Assembly: GCA_002269645.1 (NCBI GenBank)
Contig: NIVC01003491.1
Coordinates: 1 to 33,010, forward strand
Direction of reading: 5' to 3'
Length of the DNA: 33,010 nucleotides
From: Macrostomum lignano
Taxonomy: Eukaryota
Under the pieces are notes generated by a model, which was not told the origin of the DNA, did not search any database, and was given only the letters and a program-made list of their open reading frames with translations. Shown here one piece after another: positions 1 to 12,177 of this stretch; position 1 is the stretch's first letter, and every line of letters starts with the position of its first letter. The position numbers and the translations under genes were made by a program.

Positions 1-3000
1 CGTCATCTTTGCACCTTGTATATCAGCCCATTGAGTGTCATTTCTAAGCTCTCCATTTAATTCTATATATTGACAGCGACAGGGCTAGTTAGAGATGCTG
101 AGAGTAGCGGGCTCTGCGTCATCTTTGCACCTGTGTATATCAGCCCATTGAGTGTCATTTCTAAGCTCTCCATTTAATTCTATATATTGACAGCGACAGG
201 CTAGTTAGAGATGCTGAGAGTAGCGGGCTCTGCGTCATCTTTGCACCTGTGTATATCAGCCCCATTGAGTGTCATTTCTAAGCTCTCCATTTAATTCTAT
301 ATATTGACAGCGACAGGGCTAGTTAGAGATGCTGAGTGTAGCGGCTCTGCGTCATCTTTGCACCTGTGTATATCAGCCCCATTGAGTGTCATTTCTAAGC
401 TCTCCATTTAATTCTATATATTGACAGCGACAGGGCTAGTTAGAGATGCTGAGAGTAGCGGGCTCTGCGTCATCTTTGCATTGAGTGGCATTTCTAAGCT
501 CTCCATTTAATTCTATATATTGACAGCGACAGGGCTAGTTAGAGATGCTGAGAGTAGCGGGCTCTGCGTCATCTTTGCACCTGTGTATATCAGCCCCATT
601 GAGTGTCATTTCTAAGCTCTCCATTTAATTCTATATATTGACAGCGACAGGGCTAGTTAGAGATGCTGAGAGTAGCGGGCTCTGCGTCATCTTTGCACCT
701 GTGTATATCAGCCCATTGAGTGTCATTTCTAAGCTCTCCATTTAATTCTATATATTGACAGCGACAGGGCTAGTTAGAGATGCTGAGAGTAGCGGGCTCT
801 GCGTCATCTTTGCACCTGTGTATATCAGCCCCATTGAGTGTCATTTCTAAGCTCTCCATTTAATTCTATATATTGACAGCGACAGGGCTAGTTAGAGATG
901 CTGAGAGTAGCGGGCTCTGCGTCATCTTTGCACCTGTGTATATCAGCCCCATTGAGTGTCATTTCTAAGCTCTCCATTTAATTCTATATATTGACAGCGA
1001 CAGGCTAGTAGAGATGCTGAGAGTAGCGGGCTCTGCGTCATCTTTGCACCTGTGTATATCAGCCCATTGAGTGTCATTTCTAAGCTCTCCATTTAATTCT
1101 ATATATTGACAGCGACAGGGCTAGTTAGAGATGCTGAGAGTAGCGGGCTCTGCGTCATCTTTGCACCTGTGTATATCAGCCCCATTGAGTGTCATTTCTA
1201 AGCTCTCCATTTAATTCTATATATTGACAGCGACAGGGCTAGTTAGAGATGCTGAGAGTAGCGGGCTCTGCGTCATCTTTGCACCTGTGTATATCAGCCC
1301 CATTGAGTGTCATTTCTAAGCTCTCCATTTAATTCTATATATTGACAGCGACAGGGCTAGTTAGAGATGCTGAGAGTAGCGGGCTCTGCGTCATCTTTGC
1401 ACCTGTGTATATCAGCCCCATTGAGTGTCATTTCTAAGCTCTCCATTTAATTCTATATATTGACAGCGACAGGGCTAGTTAGAGATGCTGAGAGTAGCGG
1501 GCTCTGCGTCATCTTTGCACCTGTGTATATCAGCCCCATTGAGTGTCATTTCTAAGCTCTCCATTTAATTCTATATATTGACAGCGACAGGGCTAGTTAG
1601 AGATGCTGAGAGTAGCGGGCTCTGCGTCATCTTTGCACCTGTGTATATCAGCCCCATTGAGTGTCATTTCTAAGCTCTCCATTTAATTCTATATATTGAC
1701 AGCGACAGGGCTAGTTAGAGATGCTGAGAGTAGCGGGCTCTGCGTCATCTTTGCACCTGTGTATATCAGCCCCATTGAGTGTCATTTCTAAGCTCTCCAT
1801 TTAATTCTATATATTGACAGCGACAGGGCTAGTTAGAGATGCTGAGAGGAGCGGGCTCTGCGTCATCTTTGCACCTGTGTATATCAGCCCCATTGAGTGT
1901 CATTTCTAAGCTCTCCATTTAATTCTATATATTGACAGCGACAGGGCTAGTTAGAGATGCTGAGAGTAGCGGGCTCTGCGTCATCTTTGCACCTGTGTAT
2001 ATCAGCCCCATTGAGTGTCATTTCTAAGCTCTCCATTTAATTCTATATATTGACAGCGACAGGGCTAGTTAGAGATGCTGAGAGTAGCGGGCTCTGCGTC
2101 ATCTTTGCACCTGTGTATATCAGCCCCATTGAGTGTCATTTCTAAGCTCTCCATTTAATTCTATATATTGACAGCGACAGGGCTAGTAAGATGCTGAGAG
2201 TAGCGGGCTCTGCGTCATCTTTGCACCTGTGTATATCAGCCCCATTGAGTGTCATTTCTAAGCTCTCCATTTAATTCTATATATTGACAGCGACAGGGCT
2301 AGTTAGAGATGCTGAGAGTAGCGGGCTCTGCGTCATCTTTGCACCTGTGTATATCAGCCCCATTGAGTGTCATTTCTAAGCTCTCCATTTAATTCTATAT
2401 ATTGACAGCGACAGGGCTAGTTAGAGATGCTGAGAGTAGCGGGCTCTGCGTCATCTTTGCACCTGTGTATATCAGCCCCATTGAGTGTCATTTCTAAGCT
2501 CTCCATTTAATTCTATATATTGACAGCGACAGGGCTAGTTAGAGATGCTGAGAGTAGCGGGCTCTGCGTCATCTTTGCACCTGTGTATATCAGCCCCATT
2601 GAGTGTCATTTCTAAGCTCTCCATTTAATTCTATATATTGACAGCGACAGGGCTAGTTAGAGATGCTGAGAGTAGCGGGCTCTGCGTCATCTTTGCACCT
2701 GTGTATATCAGCCCCATTGAGTGTCATTTCTAAGCTCTCCATTTAATTCTATATATTGACAGCGACAGGGCTAGTTAGAGATGCTGAGAGTAGCGGGCTC
2801 TGCGTCATCTTTGCACCTGTGTATATCAGCCCCATTGAGTGTCATTTCTAAGCTCTCCATTTAATTCTATATATTGACAGCGACAGGGCTAGTTAGAGAT
2901 GCTGAGAGTAGCGGGCTCTGCGTCATCTTTGCACCTGTGTATATCAGCCCCATTGAGTGTCATTTCTAAGCTCTCCATTTAATTCTATATATTGACAGCG

Positions 3001-6000
3001 ACAGGGCTAGTTAAGATGCTGAGAGTAGCGGGCTCTGCGTCATCTTTGCACCTGTGTATATCAGCCCCATTGAGTGTCATTTCTAAGCTCTCCATTTAAT
3101 TCTATATATTGACAGCGACAGGGCTAGTTAGAGATGCTGAGAGTAGCGGGCTCTGCGTCATCTTTGCACCTGTGTATATCAGCCCCATTGAGTGTCATTT
3201 CTAAGCTCTCCATTTAATTCTATATATTGACAGCGACAGGGCTAGTTAGAGATGCTGAGAGTAGCGGGCTCTGCGTCATCTTTGCACCTGTGTATATCAG
3301 CCCCATTGAGTGTCATTTCTAAGCTCTCCATTTAATTCTATATATTGACAGCGACAGGGCTAGTTAGAGATGCTGAGAGTAGCGGGCTCTGCGTCATCTT
3401 TGCACCTGTGTATATCAGCCCCATTGAGTGTCATTTCTAAGCTCTCCATTTAATTCTATATATTGACAGCGACAGGGCTAGTTAGAGATGCTGAGAGTAG
3501 CGGGCTCTGCGTCATCTTTGCACCTGTGTATATCAGCCCCATTGAGTGTCATTTCTAAGCTCTCCATTTAATTCTATATATTGACAGCGACAGGGCTAGT
3601 TAGAGATGCTGAGAGTAGCGGGCTCTGCGTCATCTTTGCACCTGTGTATATCAGCCCCATTGAGTGTCATTTCTAAGCTCTCCATTTAATTCTATATATT
3701 GACAGCGACAGGGCTAGTTAGAGATGCTGAGAGTAGCGGGCTCTGCGTCATCTTTGCACCTGTGTATATCAGCCCCATTGAGTGTCATTTCTAAGCTCTC
3801 CATTTAATTCTATATATTGACAGCGACAGGGCTAGTTAGAGATGCTGAGAGTAGCGGGCTCTGCGTCATCTTTGCACCTGTGTATATCAGCCCCATTGAG
3901 TGTCATTTCTAAGCTCTCCATTTAATTCTATATATTGACAGCGACAGGGCTAGTTAGAGATGCTGAGAGTAGCGGGCTCTGCGTCATCTTTGCACCTGTG
4001 TATATCAGCCCCATTGAGTGTCATTTCTAAGCTCTCCATTTAATTCTATATATTGACAGCGACAGGGCTAGTTAGAGATGCTGAGAGTAGCGGGCTCTGC
4101 GTCATCTTTGCACCTGTGTATATCAGCCCCATTGAGTGTCATTTCTAAGCTCTCCATTTAATTCTATATATTGACAGCGACAGGGCTAGTTAGAGATGCT
4201 GAGAGTAGCGGGCTCTGCGTCATCTTTGCACCTGTGTATATCAGCCCCATTGAGTGTCATTTCTAAGCTCTCCATTTAATTCTATATATTGACAGCGACA
4301 GGGCTAGTTAGAGATGCTGAGAGTAGCGGGCTCTGCGTCATCTTTGCACCTGTGTATATCAGCCCCATTGAGTGTCATTTCTAAGCTCTCCATTTAATTC
4401 TATATATTGACAGCGACAGGGCTAGTTAGAGATGCTGAGAGTAGCGGGCTCTGCGTCATCTTTGCACCTGTGTATATCAGCCCCATTGAGTGTCATTTCT
4501 AAGCTCTCCATTTAATTCTATATATTGACAGCGACAGGGCTAGTTAGAGATGCTGAGAGTAGCGGGCTCTGCGTCATCTTTGCACCTGTGTATATCAGCC
4601 CCATTGAGTGTCATTTCTAAGCTCTCCATTTAATTCTATATATTGACAGCGACAGGGCTAGTTAGAGATGCTGAGAGTAGCGGGCTCTGCGTCATCTTTG
4701 CACCTGTGTATATCAGCCCCATTGAGTGTCATTTCTAAGCTCTCCATTTAATTCTATATATTGACAGCGACAGGGCTAGTTAGAGATGCTGAGAGTAGCG
4801 GGCTCTGCGTCATCTTTGCACCTGTGTATATCAGCCCCATTGAGTGTCATTTCTAAGCTCTCCATTTAATTCTATATATTGACAGCGACAGGGCTAGTTA
4901 GAGATGCTGAGAGTAGCGGGCTCTGCGTCATCTTTGCACCTGTGTATATCAGCCCCATTGAGTGTCATTTCTAAGCTCTCCATTTAATTCTATATATTGA
5001 CAGCGACAGGGCTAGTTAGAGATGCTGAGAGTAGCGGGCTCTGCGTCATCTTTGCACCTGTGTATATCAGCCCCATTGAGTGTCATTTCTAAGCTCTCCA
5101 TTTAATTCTATATATTGACAGCGACAGGGCTAGTTAGAGATGCTGAGAGTAGCGGGCTCTGCGTCATCTTTGCACCTGTGTATATCAGCCCCATTGAGTG
5201 TCATTTCTAAGCTCTCCATTTAATTCTATATATTGACAGCGACAGGGCTAGTTAGAGATGCTGAGAGTAGCGGGCTCTGCGTCATCTTTGCACCTGTGTA
5301 TATCAGCCCCATTGAGTGTCATTTCTAAGCTCTCCATTTAATTCTATATATTGACAGCGACAGGGCTAGTTAGAGATGCTGAGAGTAGCGGGCTCTGCGT
5401 CATCTTTGCACCTGTGTATATCAGCCCCATTGAGTGTCATTTCTAAGCTCTCCATTTAATTCTATATATTGACAGCGACAGGGCTAGTTAGAGATGCTGA
5501 GAGTAGCGGGCTCTGCGTCATCTTTGCACCTGTGTATATCAGCCCCATTGAGTGTCATTTCTAAGCTCTCCATTTAATTCTATATATTGACAGCGACAGG
5601 GCTAGTTAGAGATGCTGAGAGTAGCGGGCTCTGCGTCATCTTTGCACCTGTGTATATCAGCCCCATTGAGTGTCATTTCTAAGCTCTCCATTTAATTCTA
5701 TATATTGACAGCGACAGGGCTAGTTAGAGATGCTGAGAGTAGCGGGCTCTGCGTCATCTTTGCACCTGTGTATATCAGCCCCATTGAGTGTCATTTCTAA
5801 GCTCTCCATTTAATTCTATATATTGACAGCGACAGGGCTAGTTAGAGATGCTGAGAGTAGCGGGCTCTGCGTCATCTTTGCACCTGTGTATATCAGCCCC
5901 ATTGAGTGTCATTTCTAAGCTCTCCATTTAATTCTATATATTGACAGCGACAGGGCTAGTTAGAGATGCTGAGAGTAGCGGGCTCTGCGTCATCTTTGCA

Positions 6001-8190
6001 CCTGTGTATATCAGCCCCATTGAGTGTCATTTCTAAGCTCTCCATTTAATTCTATATATTGACAGCGACAGGGCTAGTTAGAGATGCTGAGAGTAGCGGG
6101 CTCTGCGTCATCTTTGCACCTGTGTATATCAGCCCCATTGAGTGTCATTTCTAAGCTCTCCATTTAATTCTATATATTGACAGCGACAGGGCTAGTTAGA
6201 GATGCTGAGAGTAGCGGGCTCTGCGTCATCTTTGCACCTGTGTATATCAGCCCCATTGAGTGTCATTTCTAAGCTCTCCATTTAATTCTATATATTGACA
6301 GCGACAGGGCTAGTTAGAGATGCTGAGAGTAGCGGGCTCTGCGTCATCTTTGCACCTGTGTATATCAGCCCCATTGAGTGTCATTTCTAAGCTCTCCATT
6401 TAATTCTATATATTGACAGCGACAGGGCTAGTTAGAGATGCTGAGAGTAGCGGGCTCTGCGTCATCTTTGCACCTGTGTATATCAGCCCCATTGAGTGTC
6501 ATTTCTAAGCTCTCCATTTAATTCTATATATTGACAGCGACAGGGCTAGTTAGAGATGCTGAGAGTAGCGGGCTCTGCGTCATCTTTGCACCTGTGTATA
6601 TCAGCCCCATTGAGTGTCATTTCTAAGCTCTCCATTTAATTCTATATATTGACAGCGACAGGGCTAGTTAGAGATGCTGAGAGTAGCGGGCTCTGCGTCA
6701 TCTTTGCACCTGTGTATATCAGCCCCATTGAGTGTCATTTCTAAGCTCTCCATTTAATTCTATATATTGACAGCGACAGGGCTAGTTAGAGATGCTGAGA
6801 GGAGCGGGCTCTGCGTCATCTTTGCACCTGTGTATATCAGCCCCATTGAGTGTCATTTCTAAGCTCTCCATTTAATTCTATATATTGACAGCGACAGGGC
6901 TAGTTAGAGATGCTGAGAGTAGCGGGCTCTGCGTCATCTTTGCACCTGTGTATATCAGCCCCATTGAGTGTCATTTCTAAGCTCTCCATTTAATTCTATA
7001 TATTGACAGCGACAGGGCTAGTTAGAGATGCTGAGAGTAGCGGGCTCTGCGTCATCTTTGCACCTGTGTATATCAGCCCCATTGAGTGTCATTTCTAAGC
7101 TCTCCATTTAATTCTATATATTGACAGCGACAGGGCTAGTTAGAGATGCTGAGAGTAGCGGGCTCTGCGTCATCTTTGCACCTGTGTATATCAGCCCCAT
7201 TGAGTGTCATTTCTAAGCTCTCCATTTAATTCTATATATTGACAGCGACAGGGCTAGTTAGAGATGCTGAGAGTAGCGGGCTCTGCGTCATCTTTGCACC
7301 TGTGTATATCAGCCCCATTGAGTGTCATTTCTAAGCTCTCCATTTAATTCTATATATTGACAGCGACAGGGCTAGTTAGAGATGCTGAGAGTAGCGGGCT
7401 CTGCGTCATCTTTGCACCTGTGTATATCAGCCCCATTGAGTGTCATTTCTAAGCTCTCCATTTAATTCTATATATTGACAGCGACAGGGCTAGTTAGAGA
7501 TGCTGAGAGGAGCGGGCTCTGCGTCATCTTTGCACCTGTGTATATCAGCCCCATTGAGTGTCATTTCTAAGCTCTCCATTTAATTCTATATATTGACAGC
7601 GACAGGGCTAGTTAGAGATGCTGAGAGTAGCGGGCTCTGCGTCATCTTTGCACCTGTGTATATCAGCCCCATTGAGTGTCATTTCTAAGCTCTCCATTTA
7701 ATTCTATATATTGACAGCGACAGGGCTAGTTAGAGATGCTGAGAGTAGCGGGCTCTGCGTCATCTTTGCACCTGTGTATATCAGCCCCATTGAGTGTCAT
7801 TTCTAAGCTCTCCATTTAATTCTATATATTGACAGCGACAGGGCTAGTTAGAGATGCTGAGAGTAGCGGGCTCTGCGTCATCTTTGCACCTGTGTATATC
7901 AGCCCCATTGAGTGTCATTTCTAAGCTCTCCATTTAATTCTATATATTGACAGCGACAGGGCTAGTTAGAGATGCTGAGAGTAGCGGGCTCTGCGTCATC
8001 TTTGCACCTGTGTATATCAGCCCCATTGAGTGTCATTTCTAAGCTCTCCATTTAATTCTATATATTGACAGCGACAGGGCTAGTTAGAGATGCTGAGAGT
8101 AGCGGGCTCTGCGTCATCTTTGCACCTGTGTATATCAGCCCCATTGAGTGTCATTTCTAAGCTCTCCATTTAATTCTATATATTGACAGC
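1..8190. repeat. Tandem satellite DNA, 118-bp monomer, about 69 copies (runs off the left edge)
   Basis: Period read directly: CTGAGAGTAG at 4081 recurs at 4199. Monomer: CACCTGTGTATATCAGCCCCATTGAGTGTCATTTCTAAGCTCTCCATTTAATTCTATATATTGACAGCGACAGGGCTAGTTAGAGATGCTGAGAGTAGCGGGCTCTGCGTCATCTTTG. Copies are near-identical after ~3.1 kb. The array ends at TATTGACAGC (8190). Confidence 0.98.
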
Positions 8191-8823
8191 GCCGCTATAG
8201 TTTAAATCCATGTTTGAATTTACTGCGCTCGTACATTTTAACTTATACTTGATATTGACAGGTTAGCTCAGAAATATTTCGCCAGCTTCTTTAGTAATGG
8301 CTTTTTATCAAAATACAATTGGGCTTTGCTTTTACTTTTGGTTTGGTCACCTGCTGTGAGCGTTCCACTTTTTATCTATATATTGTTTTGTATTATGCAC
8401 AGCGGTTTGTTTGGAGGTGTGTTTCGCGCTTTTCTCGATCTTTCCACTGTAGCTGGATTTTGAGTAAAGATAAGAATCGCAGTTCTCACGATTGCTTAAA
8501 AGCAAATACGTGCTCTGGGTATGCTCAAGATTGCGCAATGCTCGGTGACAGTGATGGGTGGTTCATGGTGGAAGACACCTATCTAAGCAAATTTGTTGCA
8601 CCAAACTTATGATTGCGCCATTATCGTAAAGAATAGTGTCAAGCAGTTCCAAATATGTAAAATTGTAAACTTTATTTAGTCACCAAAGAGAAATTTTATC
8701 TACTCTTTGATTTGTTGATGACTGACTTCATCCTAATTTTTGAGCATATACGTCTTTTTCTTGCATATTTAATCTATTTCTCGAATTTCTATTTTGCATC
8801 ATTCATTTAATTCCTATCCAATT

Positions 8824-8872
8824 CATTGTGTGTCATTTATTTTTTATCCACTGCCCACTGTATATTGACAGC
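8824..8872 (+). repeat. Diverged orphan fragment of the 118-bp satellite monomer
   Basis: Gapless alignment to the monomer, 35/49 identical by hand count: CATTGTGTGTCATTT vs CATTGAGTGTCATTT, a 22-nt spacer in both with TCCA in register, then TATATTGACAGC 12/12. Confidence 0.65.
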
Positions 8873-8964
8873 AGCGGATCTCACAGAGCTACTCAATGAA
8901 TTGAAAATGCAGAAATAACTGAGTATTCGAAACCCAAACTGGATTAGGGTCGATCAGTGAGTCT

Positions 8965-9020
8965 GGCTGTGAGGCTGTGAATGAGGCAGTGAATGAGGCT
9001 GTGAATGAGGCTGTGAATGT
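8965..9020. repeat. Short 12-bp tandem repeat (GGCTGTGAATGA), about 4.5 copies
   Basis: Units at 8973, 8985 (GGCAGT variant), 8997 and 9009, plus a partial unit at 8965. Confidence 0.9.
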
Positions 9021-9489
9021 GAGTGGGGCATATTGTACCTAATGTATGTTTCATGCTGGTTAATGCGCATGTTTCATTTTGAATCAAAGTAATTTGGTGT
9101 CAAAATGAGTCACTACTGAAATGAAGCAGTCCACCCCTTTGAGTCTAAAAGCATAGTGGATTTGACACGTACTATGAACGTGAAATATTTTGACCACCCC
9201 ATTCCGAACCAATGAAAATTAGAGTGAACTTGTTGATGTCAAACTGCCGCTTCATATAAAATGGGACTTCAGTTGGCCTTTCAAAAAGCCAGATTTCTAT
9301 TTGTCAATTAATTTCATTTTTTCAATAAATTAACCCAAATGTCCAAACAATTGGAGTTCATAAAACAGCTGATAAGCCGCAAAGGCAAATGCTATGACGT
9401 CGCTAAGCGGCAAAAGTCGTTTGAGAAAGAGCTCGCCGCGTCTGATCGATTCCAGTTAATGGTAAGTGAAGGTGAAGAGCAATATTTTT

Positions 9490-11189
9490 ACCAATAACTG
9501 CCCTGTCTCTACCATTCTACCCTGTCTCTACCATTCTACCCTGTCTCTACCATTCTACCCTGTCTCTACCATTCTACCCTGTCTCTACCATTCTACCCTG
9601 TCTCTACCATTCTGCCCTGTCTCTACCATTCTACCCTGTCTCTACCATTCTGCCCTGTCTCTACCATTCTACCCTGTCTCTACCATTCTGCCCTGTCTCT
9701 ACCATTCTGCCCTTTCTCTACCATTCTGCCCTGTCTCTACCATTCTGCCCTGTCTCTACCATTCTGCCCTGTCTCTACCATTCTGCCCTGTCTCTACCAT
9801 TCTGCCCTGTCTCTACCATACTGCCCTGTTTCTACCATACTGCCCTGTCTCTACCATTCTGCCCTGTCTCTACCATTCTGCCCTGTCTCTACCATTCTGC
9901 CCTGTCTCTACCATTCTGCCCTGTCTCTACCATTCTGCCCTGTCTCTACCATTCTGCCCTGTGTCTACCATACTGCCCTGTTTCTACCATACTGCCCTGT
10001 CTCTACCATTCTACCCTGTCTCTACCATTCTACCATGTCTCTACCATTCTACCCTGTCTCTACCATTCTGCCCTGTCTCTACCATTCTACCCTGTCTCTA
10101 CCATTCTGCCCTGTCTCTACCATTCTACCCTGTCTCTACCATTCTGCCCTGTCTCTACCATTCTGCCCTGTCTCTACCATTCTGCCCTGTCTCTACCATT
10201 CTGCCCTGTCTCTACCATTCTGCCCTGTCTCTACCATTCTGCCCTGTCTCTACCATACTGCCCTGTCTCTACCATACTGCCCTGTCTCTACCATTCTGCC
10301 CTGTCTCTACCATTCTGCCCTTTCTCTACCAATAACTGCCCTGTCTCTACCATTCTGCCCTGTCTCTACCATTCTACCCTGTCTCTACCATTCTGCCCTG
10401 TCTCTACCATTCTACCCTGTCTCTACCATTCTGCCCTGTCTCTACCATTCTGCCCTGTCTCTACCATTCTGCCCTGTCTCTACCATTCTGCCCTGTCTCT
10501 ACCATTCTGCCCTGTCTCTACCATACTGCCCTGTTTCTACCATACTGCCCTGTCTCTACCATTCTGCCCTGTCTCTACCATTCTGCCCTGTCTCTACCAT
10601 TCTGCCCTGTCTCTACCATACTGCCCTGTCTCTACCATACTGCCCTGTCTCTACCATTCTGCCCTGTCTCTACCATTCTGCCCTTTCTCTACCAATAACT
10701 GCCCTGTCTCTACCATTCTGCCCTGTCTCTACCAATAACTGCCCTGTCTCTACCATTCTGCCCTGTCTCTACCATTCTGCCCTGTCTCTACCATTCTGCC
10801 CTGTCTCTACCATTCTGCCCTGTCTCTACCAATAACTGCCCTGTCTCTACCATTCTGCCCTGTCTCTACCATTCTGCCCTGTCTCTACCATTCTGCCCTT
10901 TCTCTACCAATAACTGCCCTGTCTCTACCATTCTGCCCTGTCTCTACCAATAACTGCCCTGTCTCTACCATTCTGCCCTGTCTCTACCATTCTGCCCTGT
11001 CTCTACCATTCTGCCCTGTCTCTACCATTCTGCCCTGTCTCTACCAATAACTGCCCTGTCTCTACCATTCTGCCCTGTCTCTACCATTCTGCCCTGTCTC
11101 TACCATTCTGCCCTGTCTCTACCATACTGCCCTGTCTCTACCATTCTGCCCTGTCTCTACCATTCTGCCCTGTCTCTACCAATAACTGC
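9490..11189. repeat. 19-bp minisatellite (CCATTCTGCCCTGTCTCTA), about 89 copies
   Basis: Direct reading. The 19-aa periodicity of the + strand ORFs (57 nt = 3 units) confirms the unit length. The + strand is strongly pyrimidine-rich. Confidence 0.97.
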
Positions 11190-11941
11190 AATTTCTCTAC
11201 TCAGACCGATGCGTCACAGCCCGGATCAGCTGAGCAGCCGCCCACCGCAGCCCAGCAGCCGCCCGGCCCAGCTGAGCGGCCCAAGTCGCATGCCGGCAGG
11301 AGTACATTTGCCCATTCGGTGACTGCCTACCAATGCACTATTTCAACATGCTAATATAACTATTTTCTAACATGTGAAACATGTAAAGATAATATAATAT
11401 TTGAAAACTTATTAATTATAACTAAAATTCGTATGCACATAAAATATAATTATAAAATTTGCAAGTAAATAATATATATAACTAAAATAGCTGGACTTGT
11501 GTCTAATGCGATTTATTTGAAACCCTTTGGAGCTGCGATCGAATTATTTTCGCATTTCTACTATTAGTAGCATGTAATGCAAAATTTATAGTTTTTTGCG
11601 AAACTTTTATGTGTCATATTTCGAAATATTCTGGTCGGATATATTTTTTTGGAGTGTCATATCTGTGATGTGGCCTGTCGGGTATCCCCTACGATGTGCG
11701 TCATTTCTTTGTTTTGGGTCATCACTGATAACATAGGGGGGCGAAGATTGCTAGTTGTGTTGCTGAGTACATGATTCTTGTACTTGAAGGACGACCCTAG
11801 GCTAAGTAAGCTACAATAGTTCATGAGTAAGTTAATCTACACAGCAGGTTAATCTGTCTTCTTATTTACTATAAGATAGAAGTCTTACACCTAAACCTAA
11901 ACGTATTGCGAAAGTTGAATAAATTGGAGTAATAGAGTCTA

Positions 11942-12108
11942 GTGCTAAAGCCCCTGTTGCTAAGGGCCTGTTTCTGGTGCCCCTATTGCTGGTGCCACTG
12001 CTGCTGGTGCTCCTGTTGCTGGTGCCCCTGTTGCTAAGGCCGTGTTTCTAGTGCCCCTGTTGCTGGTGCCCTTGTTTCTGGCGGCCCTGGTGCTAAAGCC
12101 CCTTGGTG
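11942..12108. repeat. Degenerate 15-bp minisatellite (TGCTAAAGCCCCTGT / TGCTGGTGCCCCTGT family), left part
   Basis: About 11 degenerate units. The same family resumes at 12740 on the far side of the retroelement. Confidence 0.85.
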
Positions 12109-12177
12109 GAAGTGCAGCTCGTCTAACAAATAGTAGGAAAATAAACGTCAACAAAAAAAGTAAACTTTGTTTAATTC

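Noticed and set aside
4105-4170. Pistol-ribozyme-like words (TTAAAT and CAGGTGCAA) on the minus strand of the satellite
   Set aside because: The required P1, P2 and pseudoknot pairings cannot be formed; these are short chance matches.
1-8190. 118-bp array as 5S rRNA genes, SL RNA genes or a CRISPR array
   Set aside because: The length is close to 5S, but I found no 5S sequence, no internal A/C boxes and no spacer or T-run. There is no Sm site or splice donor for an SL RNA. Monomers are identical with no unique spacers, and there are no cas genes.
8319-8612. 97-aa and 63-aa ORFs next to the satellite
   Set aside because: Non-ATG or short, AT-rich, with no domain or splice support.
9466-10835. 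289-aa and 266-aa Cys/Pro/Leu-rich ORFs
   Set aside because: They arise because the 19-bp unit has no stop codon on the + strand. There is no ATG start, signal peptide or unique flanking coding sequence.
9490-11189. Shared GACAGGGC 8-mer between the 19-bp and 118-bp repeats suggesting common origin
   Set aside because: Only 8 nt plus a displaced TAGAGA, on opposite strands; too short to separate from chance.
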